From: Haplodiscus bocki
Lineage: Eukaryota
DNA length: 64,000 nucleotides
Assembly (NCBI GenBank): GCA_965655095.1
Contig: OZ296650.1
Coordinates: 51,894,001-51,958,000, forward strand
Reading direction: 5' to 3'
Shown here in pieces: positions 12,281-23,983 of this stretch (the stretch's first letter is position 1; the number at the start of each line of letters is the position of its first letter). The position numbers and the translations under genes were made by a program. A model generated the notes under the pieces. It saw nothing but the letters and a program-made list of their open reading frames with translations, was not told the origin of the DNA and searched no databases.

Positions 12281-15200
12281 AACTGTCCCTGCTATCCACT
12301 CCTACTAAAAAGGGTCTCATGGGAAGCCGTTCTGCTGAAATCTACCGGATAGAGCCCAACTGTCACAATGGAGACTTTGAAAGCGGCATCATTCTTGGAG
12401 ATTTCCTGTGTTATGAACTCCAGTCCGATCTCCTCCTGCAACCCAGCTCTCTCTGCAACTTCCTATGCACGTAACCCTTTGATGTCCTGCTCGTTGCGGT
12501 TTCTGGTAGCAAGGTATGGTTCCTTGGCTTCCTTGTATGCTTGCAGATGCATACTTTATCAAGGGCTCCCTAAAGACGAACTCCGGGGAACTTGCAGAAC
12601 CAATATGCGTGGCTCTCCACTGTTGGACGAAGGATACTCTCTCACCCTCTACAGCAGCTCTTCTACGATGGCCATAGGGGCTGCCCTACGCTCATTCTCT
12701 CGTGTCACGCCTGGACTCATCTTTCAGTCTGAAAGTCAACATCAAACTATACCATGCCATACACACCTTTGTGTGAACATATATCTCTTTTGACGATCAA
12801 AACATTCATGCAGAAACACTTTCTTCTCAATTGAAGGCAGGGTTATGACTTGAAATCAATGTTTTCAATTTACTACCAAGTTTTCGTTGAAAAATTAAAA
12901 TTGCCAATATTTTTATGTAACTATATGTATATCAGAACAGTATGATAAACGATAAGATTAACTCACAAGGCTAATCACCGTTTGTATTAGATTGAATGAA
13001 AAGCTTGCAATACTTTCGCGTTGGTTTCTTCGACTTTGTCCTTTAAAAACTGGTGATCCAAAACTATAATTTGTCTGATTAATTCTTCTGAATATTTTCA
13101 AATCGACCTGTCCTGAGTGATCAATGGATTGTTCAACCCTGAGAATCTTATAAATTTGTTATAGAAGTTTCTGAATGCATTAGCATTATGATTTTAATAT
13201 TATTGGACTTCCCAAGCAAGTGTTAAATCACAGGCTCCTGCGGTCTCTTCCCGATCCGTTAACAACTTGCATATGTTCCTAGATTCTAAAGTTCTTATAG
13301 TTTGTTTATGCGCTTTTGAGCACTCCAAAAAATCGTTCGCGTAGCCTATTTTCAAGTGTGCGCGCAACTGAGTAATTAAATATCTCTTTAATTGTTCAAT
13401 CAGTAGTTTATGTAGTAACGTGGTATCTTCAAAAATTAGTTGTACTTGTTCGACTTATTCATATAGTATTCCGTTGGCGAAGGTGTTGCGAAGCAGAGCT
13501 TCGCCTCTGTTATTTATATGTTAAATCCGTTGATTAATTTTAAAATAATTTCAACCTTGGTTACTTTGGCTGTGGGTTGTGAGTATTTTGACATAGGGTA
13601 TTGTGGGCTGATTGTTTCGGGGTGATTTTATCTTCCAGTTCATTTTCGTGTTGAATGATAGTACCCACTGTGATAATCGACATTGCATTCAAAATGAAAA
13701 ACGGGAAAAGTCTTTAATATGAAATATGGATTTCATTCTTGGAATTGCGACTGTGAATTTATGCCGACTTGTTTCATCGATCAATTAGTAAGTCTTGATA
13801 AAATCCGTCTTTATTTTCAGTACCTGGAACAAAAACTACTCGGAAGTTTTCACCAACAAAACTTTGTGAAGTTGCGAAAGTTTTTGGAGTTGAAAAGCTA
13901 CTAATGTTCACCAAGTTCTATTGCAAATTTGATACTTTTTATGTAATTTCATTCATGTTTGTTTGTTTGTCTGTTGCATTTTTAGAGCTGTATATTAATA
14001 TTTAATTAAATATATATGTTGATATTTAAAGATCGATTGGTACTTTGCGAAAGACACACGGTGTGAGATTTATACCCCATATTGAAATTTGAGGTTAACT
14101 AATGAGCCAGTATAATTTGGGATCCCGCATTTATTAATTGGACTTGCAATGACTGCAATTATAACTGTATTTCCTGACTTGCAATTCCCAATTAATTGCA
14201 AAAAGTGCGGCAATTTTTGCATTTTGTAAATAATCTGTTACATGTTTTCCAGATAGAAAATGACTGACGCAAAAAGAAACTCTCTTAAAACATGTACAAA
14301 TGCAAATGTGGGAAAAATTTGAAGAAAGTGGAAAAAACTGGCTGGTCAAATTTAGTGCAAACATAAGGTCACAGCATCAATCTGATATAAAATGATCGTC
14401 AGTTTTCTCTGGACTTCATGATGTGCCAAAAATCTGAGAATATCTTCAAATGGATAAATTGGATTCGCATGGAACTCAAAACGTTGTGTTTCGTAGACAG
14501 CGATTATACTACTCACAAGAGAGTCAAACTGGAAAAGATTTTATTGGAAACTCCAGAAAAATATAACTACTGCTCACAGATAAAGTTGAGTAGGTTATAG
14601 CTTGTTACGCAAATAGTTTGCGCTGATTGTTGAGGGTGTCGGCAAGATATGCAATGTGGATGAGCGTACAATAGCAGGCTGTCAGAACTGGCTCCTCTGT
14701 GAACAACAACTCCAACTGGAATTTATCCGGAACGCAATGTATAGCTACATTTGAATCATAGTGTTCGTTATTGAACTAGGTTGTTCGATAAATTACACAA
14801 TATTTCCTCTGTTGTTAAATTTAGTCTCGAGCAATTTACAATTACTGCGTTTTTAATTGTAGGGATTTAGCAGTTACCAATTAATTGTTATCTGAAATTT
14901 TCCGGATACAAAGAAACAAAGTTTATTTGAAAGGATATACATAAAACTGGTAACAAAAGTTGGTTTAATTTATAAATTTATTATCCAATTGGGATAGAAA
15001 ATGAGCTTAAGCAGCTCTTCTAGTTTCTGCCCCACTATAAGAGAAAAATGCACTAGGAATTTATTCAATGTTTACCATCCAAATAAATAGAGAAATGTTT
15101 GGAATAGTCATGAAATTATATTAAAAATGGATGTGCTAACCTTGCTAGCGAGGACGTAAAGTTCCGATTTTTTTCTGAGTTATTTGCGATTTGCTTAAAC

Positions 15201-16869
15201 GCTTGATATCTTTAGGTATCAAATCCCTGTCCTTTAGCCAGTTTAAGGCCCTCCGTAATCTATTTTCAACCGACTTCGATTTTGTGACAGCGCGACTGTA
15301 GGTAATTGTTAGTAGTCCCTGCTGGCTTCTTGTATAATATAAACATTTGTCATCTCCAGTATGTAAAGGGAGAGGGGATTCCATTGTTAATTGCCTAAAA
15401 ACCTCTCAGAAGTTCCATTACATATAATTCCAATACAGTCAAGATTTTGTTCTGTTCAAACATATATCCAACACTATCATATTTTTTTTCCTGAAAAATT
15501 GCGCGTAGTATTCTTCGTTGAGCTTTCAAATTTTGGGGTATAGGTTTCGCTGCAACTCCATATGTCAGTTTTCCGTATTAAATGATCGATTTTTCAAAGG
15601 AAGTGTAGAACAACAATAAGCACATTATGGGATAAATTGACTTGATAAGTCAATCAATTGAATTTATTGAACTTTTTGACGACATACTCAATATGATCAT
15701 GAAAATGTAGCTTTTGTCCAGTCTCACTCCAAGCTATTTACACGCGATTCGCATAGAAAATTTCTCGGTGGTTAGCATCAAATCCTTCAGTGTACCAATC
15801 CCAAAGTCAATAATTTCAAATTTTGGAATATTTGACGACAGTTTGTTCTAAGAAAACCAGTTGTTTGTTCGATCCATGTCCGTTTGTAAATCCCACTAGT
15901 TTCGTGGGCCAGCCTTCACAATAGAAGTATCATCCGCGAAAATGCCAATATCTAGGCAAATCATCAATACAGACTAAGAACAGGAATGGACTCAAGATCG
16001 ATCCTTGAGGCACGCCACCGTTTTGTATTTTTTCAGTCTTATCGTTATCGGTCTCTATATACTAAAACCTATTTCGCTCAATATTTCAAAGATTGGTCCT
16101 GTGTAACCATAAGTTTATAATCTTTTCAACAGCATTGAATGATCAAGGGTGTCGAACCTTTTCCGGAGATCAATGAAACAGGCTTGGCCCAGTGTTTTTT
16201 TGTCAATTTTTTCTCCTAAGTAGTCACTCGTAGTACTAATTGCACGAACTTGTTTTTCGAAATCCAAGTTGCTTCGATGCAAACAACTCATTTCACGAAA
16301 AAGCGAACCATGCGATTATACAAAAGCTTCTCGAAGAGTTTGCTCATCGAACATAACAAACCTATCGACCTCTAGTTTTCTGGAGATATTTTTAAGTCTT
16401 TTTTTTTGGAAATCGGAACAACTTTGGCTAATTTCAAAAAAGCTGAAATTTTTCCATGATGCTGTTGTTGAAAGTTTCAGTGAAGTATTTCTCAATTACG
16501 GGGGAACATTGTTTTTTACATTTAATTGCTTAATTTGTCATGACCAACACTGTTTTATTTATTTGTCCGTTTATTATCCCGCGAAAAGCGGGATATTGCA
16601 ATCACCTTCGTGTGTCTGTTTGTTTGTTTGTTAGCAGGATTTCTCATAAACTACTGGTCGGATTTTGATGAAATTTGGTGAGTAGGGAGGTAATGATCAT
16701 AGGAAGACCGAGTTCAAAGTTGGGCGTGATCCGGATTGAAATCCGGATCTGAGATCCGGATAACTGTTTCTCATGAACTACTGGTCGGATTTTGGATCAG
16801 GACCTCAATCAGATCCAGGATAATAGTAATCTGATAATAGTAATCTGATAAGAGTAATCAGATGAGTAC

Positions 16870-16943
16870 GGCCCTATAGCTCAGTCGGTAAGAGCATTGT
16901 GCTAAAAACGCGAGGGTCGAGTGTTCGAACCTCTGTGTGGCCA
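16870..16943 (+). tRNA. tRNA-Ile(AAT)-derived gene/pseudogene with AAA anticodon, copy 1
   Basis: 74 nt; A box TAGCTCAGTCGG, B box GTTCGAACC, anticodon loop CT-AAA-AA, T6 terminator downstream. T-stem has mismatches. Confidence 0.7.
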
Positions 16944-16997
16944 AAATTTTTTGTTAATCTGATAATAGTAATCTGATAATAGTAATCAGATAAGTAC

Positions 16998-17071
16998 GGC
17001 CTTATAGCTCAGTCGGTAAGAGCATTGTGCTAAAAACGCGAGGGTCGAGAGTTCGAACCTCTGTGTGGACA
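16998..17071 (+). tRNA. tRNA-Ile-derived gene/pseudogene with AAA anticodon, copy 2
   Basis: Same 74-nt body, 128 bp downstream of copy 1. The acceptor stem has extra mismatches (ends GGACA). Confidence 0.65.
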
Positions 17072-17280
17072 AAATTTTTTGTTTGTCTGTTTGTTTGTTT
17101 GTTAGCAAGATTTCTCAAAATAGGAGGTAATGTATATCAACGACTGGCTTACGATCCAGGATATCCTGTTGGATCCTGATAACAGTTATCTGGAGATACT
17201 GATTGGATCAGGATTTCAATCAGATCCAGGATAATAGTAATCTGATAATAGTAATCTGATAAGAGTAATCAGATAAGTAC

Positions 17281-17354
17281 GGCCCTATAGCTCAGTCGGT
17301 AAGAGCATTGTGCTAAAAACGCGAGGGTCCAGAGTTCGAACCTCTGTGTGGCCA
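17281..17354 (+). tRNA. tRNA-Ile-derived gene with AAA anticodon, copy 3 (best cloverleaf)
   Basis: Acceptor stem GGCCCTA/TGTGGCC (one mismatch), D stem GCTC/GAGC, anticodon stem TTGTG/CGCGA, perfect T stem CAGAG/CTCTG, T6 terminator. Confidence 0.75.
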
Positions 17355-17408
17355 AAATTTTTTGTTTATCTGATAATAGTAATCTGATAATAGTAATCAG
17401 ATGAGTAC

Positions 17409-17482
17409 GGCCCTATAGCTCAGTCGGTAAGAGCATTGTGCTAAAAACGCGAGGGTCGAGAGTTGGAACCTCTGTGTGGACA
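17409..17482 (+). tRNA. tRNA-Ile-derived pseudogene with AAA anticodon, copy 4
   Basis: Same body. B box mutated (GTTGGAACC) and ends GGACA. Confidence 0.6.
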
Positions 17483-18915
17483 AAATTTTTTGTTTGTCTG
17501 TTCGTTCGTCTGTTTGTTTGTTTGTTTGGCGAGGGAAAGATCAAGGGCTTTCGCGGGATCTGCGCTCTCCGAGTGCCATTTTCTAGTTATTTGTGTGACT
17601 AAATATTCGTCAGAGTAATTGAGTATCATTGTTTTTTTGGTACGTTCACTGGGCAATCAGAATCTGGGACTTTGGATGATAGTATGATAGAATTTGCCCG
17701 AAAGATATGAACTTTTCATTGAGTTTCTTAATGTCTGGGATGCTGTTTTTGGTTCATATTTCGCCAGTTAAAACTTCAGTGTGCGGTATATAGTTTTTCT
17801 GGAGGGGTTATGTCCAATTTTTTTTGTATTTACAATGTCGCTGGGCATTTCTAGATATTTCTTCTCTGAAGCTTTTAGTTGAACTGACTACTGTGGTGAC
17901 TTTTACTGACATATCTGAAGAAACATGTCTGAGGAACTTCTAAAATCAACTTTTCGAACCTCTTTGTATAGTAGACATTAGAGGACTGTCACAAATCAGT
18001 AAATTGGGTGTCAAGATTTGGCACAATTGGAATTTGAAACTGTCAGAACTGCCAGTATACCAAGGTTAAGAGGCAAAAGCCTCCACAGAAATATTATCTA
18101 TTGTTAATAATTAATGAAATTGAATGTTTTTCCACAATCATTTCCATCCCAAACTCTCATTTTACTGGAAATGGAAATGATCGTATGTAGCGATAAATTT
18201 CAGCGGACTTTTGACAATCGTTATCAATGGACTTCGCCGGGATAAAAATTTAAATTGAAATACCGTGTGTGGGTTTCGTGTACACTGTTTCTGAGGCACT
18301 GTACGGCGTATATTCAATATCATAATAATTCAACAACGCTTCAAGATTTTTAACGTAGCAAGACGTTCACACTAAATGTAAACGACTTTGAGCCTTTCGT
18401 AAAAGCTTTGTTTGTACACTAATTGATCGAATAATTTCCTTCGGTGATATTTTACGTCGGAAAATATATTAAATTATAATAAAAATATAATTGTATTATA
18501 CGTTATAATATTAATGATGATAGAGTACCAAAATATAATTCTCCAAAACTCACGATTACTTAAAAATGCCTGGACTTTTCTCTGCGATCTTTTAGGTTTT
18601 TTGAAGCAGTAATGGAATGAATTTTCTTAATACATGTTCAGAAAAGTTGAAATTTCCTATTTGATTTCTCATATAAAAGCTGCAGAAAATGAGGGTTTTG
18701 TTTAATTTCGAAAAAATAGTTTTTGCTTTCATTCTGAAATCAACGGAAATAGTCAATAATTTTTTAGTTTTCGCACTTTTGAGAATTGCCAAAAAATTAC
18801 TAGAATAAAAAAGAAAAAACTTTGGTTTCAACATAAAAGATCGTCTTGTTGATTCTTGAATAATTTATGGAATCGATCGTCGAGTTATTTTGGATTTTTT
18901 TGTTCTTTATTTTAG

Positions 18916-19181
18916 ACTTTAGGTGCCCGTAAAGCATGGCGGTTGTTCGACGTGACGGAGTGTGTTATGTCATTAATTATGTCATCATTAGTGGGTGCTT
19001 GCTCGCTCTTGTCTCTCTCGGCGGCGGAGGACCCCGATAACTGTCACTGGTTCAGGACGGGCAGACATATTCTCTTGTGCTACTTACTATCACACTTGCT
19101 CTACTGCATGTGGCACGAAGGCTTCAATGGAAACACCAAAATCTGGATATGCCATCATGTCGTCACTGCAGTGGCTATGGG
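18916..19181 (+). CDS. TLC (TRAM-LAG1-CLN8) domain membrane protein, internal exon A
   Basis: TTTTAG acceptor at 18914-15 (alternative AG at 18921-22). Open hydrophobic frame ending WICHHVVTAVAMG (TLC 'HH' motif). G|GTAAGT donor, phase 2. Confidence 0.8.
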
Positions 19182-20049
19182 GTAAGTACATACACGGATA
19201 AACCTACATTCACTGTCTTAACTTGCTTATAAATCGGGCACTACAACAGAGGCTGTATTACATGAGGTCTATAAAGCTATATTTGAGCAATACAGGCCAC
19301 CTTTGATTTAAAGATTTTCTACCTTCTCTTTACCTGCCACTTTTAGCGCTACTTGATAAATATATATGAAATACTCCCTAATATCAGCACATACTCTTCC
19401 TTAACTTCAGTCTCAGAAGCAGAGAGGGGTATTGTGAGTTCCTTCATTTTTGATCTAGATTTTGTTGCACGGTCGGTGGTCTTACAAAAAATAGCCTAGA
19501 ATGCTGAAGTTGTCGAAACGCACGCAAGTTTGAGAAACGGGAGTTGTTGGAGCCTTTTCCAATCTTTTTTGCAGAAAATGGCAGTTTTTCCGAAAAATAC
19601 TTTTATTCATTAGTCGTTTCTTGTCTGACGCGCTAACTCAAAAGCATCAACAATTTCCACATCAAATTTTGGAGAAAATTTTTTACTCAATGTGTATAGT
19701 TAAAGTAGATGATAATTTTCATGCGTGATTTCATTCCTAGTTTGAAAATTCCGATGTTCTGATAAGTTTTGATTAGAAATATCAAAAACCTTTGGCTGTT
19801 GACCCCTTGCTAACAAGATTTGGGACATTTGTTATCCTCTTTCAAAAATGGCTGTTCGGTTCCTTCAAAGGATTCCCTTCATTATAGAAAAGGCGCAGCG
19901 GCGCTGTGATTTTTTTCGTCGATGGGGCGCCAATGTATCGAAACTACATGAGATAATTTTGACTAAGGGACCCAGTACTTTGGCTGAAACGCGATTTCAA
20001 TGGAACAAATAGATGAATTACAGTTTATTGCCATTTCGGGCTATCAAGC

Positions 20050-22000
20050 TGTTAACCTCATTCAATTTCAACCTTTTACAAACAGCTGTCAATAAAGACC
20101 TTGATGGAAGAAACCCAACCCGGTAGTTATGGCTAAAGATGGAATTGGATTTGTCTGAATATCATGACCAACTGCAAGTTTTGCATTGTGGTCCTATCAG
20201 ACAGACATTTTCGTTCTATTATCTTTTATAATTAGAACGCTGTTGATAGCGATCTTGGTGGTATGAATCAAGCCGGTAGTTCTGGTTGAACATGATTTTG
20301 ATTAACCTTAATTGCACTTTTGGCGTTTTCGCCCTATCAGGAGTCCATTGCAAAACAAAAATCGGTGCAGCCTAATTGAAAATGCTTCTGATAGTGGGGA
20401 TTTCGATTCAAGACGCAAAGTGCGAAATGGTTCAATTGTAAATGCTTCTTCAAGTAGACTACTGATGATTGGTATACAGTTTGTACATGAGGCAATCCTT
20501 GACATTGAAAAACAACGATAATGAAAAATAGCAGTTTTCGGGACTTTCGGCCTTTCAGGTTTCAGCTGGAAAGTTCAAATTGGTGATGGCTTTGTGGCAA
20601 ATGCTCCAACATAAGGAAACTGCGGTTTGGGATTATGGTAGAATTAAGCCGTTGTTTTGGGCGGCAATTGAGTATGATTATCGTCGTAAATCAGTTGGCG
20701 AACTTGATCAGATTGGGAACTTGATGGATGTATTCAAGCTGGTAGTTATGTCGAAAAATGGTTTGATTACCACGGAAAATAAACACTAACAGCAAATTTA
20801 GGCATTTTCAGTCTATAAGGATTCCGATAGAAAACGGGTTATATGAAAACGTTTCTAAAAGTAGAAGACTTTTGATTGGGACCTTTATGAATGTAATCTA
20901 GCCGATGGTTATGGCGAAAGTTGAGTTGATGAAAAGGGAAAATCAACACCCTTAGCCGTGGAAAATTTTGGCCTTTTCGGTCTCTCATCATTTTAATGCA
21001 AAACAGAATACTGGCGATGGTTCTTTCCGAAAAACCTCTACGTCGAAAAGTCTGATACTTAGGAGCTTGATGGTTGTAATTCAGCCTGTACTGACGGCGA
21101 AAATTTGGTTCGATTATCGCGGAAAATGAAAATTGATAGCATTTTTTGGCATTGTCGGGCTTTCGGAAATTTGATACAAGAAACGAAATTTGTAATAGCT
21201 GAGTTCAAAACGCTTGTTAGTTCCAGTATCGCTGATATTCAAAACTAACGGCAGATTTTGGGTTTGTCGGTCCATCAAGATTCGGATGCAAAACGAAACA
21301 CAATGATAGCCTAGTTGTACAAGCTTCTGCGAGTATGGTAGAACTTTTGATTGGAACCATAATGAATGTAATCCAGCTGATGGGTTCGGCAAAAACTGAA
21401 ATTGAATATCGTGGAGAAACACTAAGAAATTTTTAGGCCTGCAAGAAGTTTGATGCAATGATGAAAGTCCTAGTTTTCATAGTTGATTCTCTTTTACAAA
21501 TTGCAAGCTGTTGATTGAGGTGTCGAAAGGAAGAGGCAAACCATTTAGTTTCGGAAAAACGAGTTTAAATATCGATTACCGTCGATACTATTGGCATTTT
21601 TTGTTACTTTTTCCTGCCTGTCAGGATTCCAGTGCTCTAATAAATTGTGGCACTCTTATGGTCAATTTCGATTGAGGAGGTGCTGTATGAAGTGAAACCG
21701 GTAGATTTGAAGAGCGAGTTTGAATAGCCACAAGAAATCAATACTAAGGACACTTTTGCCCTATCAGTGTTTCAATGCACGGAACAACATCAAAGTTACA
21801 TTTTCGGATGCCCTTCTAGAAGTTGGAGGCTGTCGACTAAAACTTTGATAGAAATGCAGCTGCTAGTTTCGCAGGAAAATGATTTGATCAAAGAAAAAAT
21901 CAATACTCTTGTCGGCCTTTTTGAACTAAGATGAATAGGCAAAAGAGTGTTCCGGTGGAGGATGTTTGACCCGGAAAATGCCAAATTATATTTGTTACTT
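20050..22000 (-). mobile_element. very old LINE ORF2 remnant in an intron
   Basis: Only degenerate minus-strand echoes of EN/RT motifs (CET ~21865, PEN..FSLS ~20530). No long ORF. Confidence 0.4.
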
Positions 22001-22272
22001 TGGTTTGAATTTTTGAATGTTTTTTCAATTATTGTTTGGTCATTATAATGATAAGTTTCATTGTTATTATATAGTGCTAAAATTTTTCTGCTGTTAGATT
22101 TTTTTTCGTTTTTTGAAACTCAGGTCATATTGTTTAATATAGCCCAAAAGTTTCAATTTTTGAAGGTTTTCGCACAGGAAACCAAGAAAGCTTCAAAAAC
22201 AGAAGTTTTAACCTTCTGGTGCTTTCACTTAAATTTTTTAAGTAGAAAAGTAGCAAAATAAGTTGGAGAGTT

Positions 22273-22362
22273 TGGTCGTAGTGGGGATCGAACCCGGGCC
22301 TTCAATTTGACCGAATTGAGGTGATTGGCTGTCATTGACATTGACCACTAAGCTATAGAGGC
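22273..22362 (-). pseudogene. tRNA-derived SINE head or tRNA pseudogene
   Basis: Minus strand has A box TAGCTTAGTGG and B box GGTTCGATCCC. The acceptor stem does not pair well. Confidence 0.5.
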
Positions 22363-22785
22363 AAGGAATGAAGACGATGAAAGTAATTGAGAAATTACTA
22401 GAGAAAATGACTTGGCAAACGCGCGGAGAAAAAAGTCTACATATTTGGAATGATTTTCTTTTCGTATTTTTTTTCACGGCGGACAATAAAAATCGGATCC
22501 AACTTAATTTTTACCATGAAATCACAATTTTCTTGAGACGATTCTAACAGCCCCAAATAGCTGCCTGTGACTATAGTGGCTTTGAGGCAGCATCATAAAA
22601 TCTTCGATGACTTCGAAAAGATTCGCACAGATTCATCTAATTATTCATGTCTGTTTGAGAGGTAACTGGAACTCAGGCATCCGAAACTTCCTCTACAGCA
22701 TACAACTTTAATTATCAAGGGGAGACTTAAATTCTGTGCTGTGCGAGGACACATACATCTTGCAAATATAAATAATTTATTTTAG

Positions 22786-22959
22786 GATGCTGAGCTCGAA
22801 TCCGGTGAAAAACCTGCGGGTGTTGAACTTCGGGACGTTGTTCATGGAAATATCAAACCCCTTCACAAATCTGGTGTTCGTGCTACAACATTTGGGATAT
22901 TCTTTATCCAATTCCAAATTTTTCATTCTTCTCTGCGGCGCTTGGATTGCATCATTCAT
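22786..22959 (+). CDS. TLC-domain protein, internal exon B (not in the ORF track)
   Basis: TTTTAG|G...TTCAT|GTGAGT; 174 nt, phase 2-2. Reads MLSSNPVKNLRVLNFGTLFMEISNPFTNLVFVLQHLGYSLSNSKFFILLCGAWIASF, with the E-x-S-x-PF-x-N TLC motif. Confidence 0.85.
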
Positions 22960-23983
22960 GTGAGTACTCACTACGACTTCTCATTTGAATTCATGCGATG
23001 ATCTGTTTCATCTTTTAAATGATCATGTGTTTTGCATCAGGTATGATCATCATGTATATATCATCATTTTGAATTTCAACTGCGGAATGGAATGTACACA
23101 CGTGGAGCTCTTGCTTACGTAGCTCAAACTCAATGGTACAGCAGGAATACTCTTCTAAAATCTACTTGTATTCTGCAGTTTCAATCAAGAGTCGCCCCTC
23201 GTACTGTCGGAGCCTCAAAATTGGCAAACCTCATCTGATTTTAAAGCCCCCCCCCCTGTATGGATTTCTGAATTTTTTGAAAAAGGAATCAGTTTGCAGA
23301 TTTCTTATTCACACAATTGCACTTTGCTTATCTCGCGTCTCACAAAGTCTATGCTTTCTCGACCTTAATTGATACAAACGAAAGCCGAGTAATTGCAAAT
23401 TTGGGACTGAAAAGCTGATGAATCGTGAAAAATTTTGTGGACCCCCTCCTTATCAGAAACCCCTCTTCAGTGTCAGCTACTTGTCAATCAGACCCCCCTA
23501 TAATCATAACTTCAATTCTTAATCTAAAATCAACCAAAAAATGCTACCTGTCAAAACTAAACTACAGAAGCACAAATCTAGATAAAAACTGTAGAGGTGT
23601 TCGAAAATGATATAGCATTGGGGTTTTTTGGTGGCTTAAACCACAAGATAAATAGCTAAATTTTAGCTTTGCAAAATTTCGCTTTTCTGCTTTTTGATCC
23701 TGTTACAAGTGGAATTAGAAACGATGCGAAAGAAAATATTCTGAGAATTTCCCCTGAAAGACGAGGCATTTTTCAACAAGAGAAATGTCATTTGTAATTT
23801 TTTCGAGTACGCAAAATAGCCTGTTTCCGATTTTTCTTTCTCTTGCCGTTCATATCACCTTTGTGACTACGCATGCAGCTGATTTTGATACAAGTAATCC
23901 CTTTTGAAGAACTCTTCGAAATTTCAATAAAGTGGTCTGGAATGGTATTCTAGTTGTTGTTGTTGTTGTAGCCGTTGAGAGGA

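Larger units (their letters stand above)
16571..17588 (+). mobile_element. non-autonomous Helentron/DINE-1-like (HINE) rolling-circle element carrying tRNA-derived repeats
   Basis: 5' hairpin TATCCCGC-GAAAA-GCGGGATA (16575-16595). 11-bp subterminal inverted repeat ATCCCGCGAAA (16576-16586) / TTTCGCGGGAT (17549-17559). (GTTT)n microsatellite near the 5' end. 3' hairpin GCGCTC-TCC-GAGTGC (17562-17576) and a CTAG end in T-rich flanks without a TSD. Confidence 0.8.
15060..18300 (-). mobile_element. decayed CR1/L2-type LINE ORF2, interrupted by the Helentron-type insertion
   Basis: Minus-strand CFIDLRKRFDTLDHSML (~16135-16180), GGVPQGSILSPFLF (~15980-16020), IFADDTS (~15925-15945). The continuation beyond 17590 is less certain. 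Confidence 0.7.

Noticed and set aside
12300-12793. GC-richer, coding-looking stretch (141-aa + strand ORF; interrupted - strand frame)
   Set aside because: No family motif could be assigned on either strand. Probably a fragment of another element.
16800-17500. Regularly spaced repeats resembling a CRISPR array
   Set aside because: The intervening sequences are themselves repeated, the repeats are tRNA bodies, the context is eukaryotic, and there are no cas genes.
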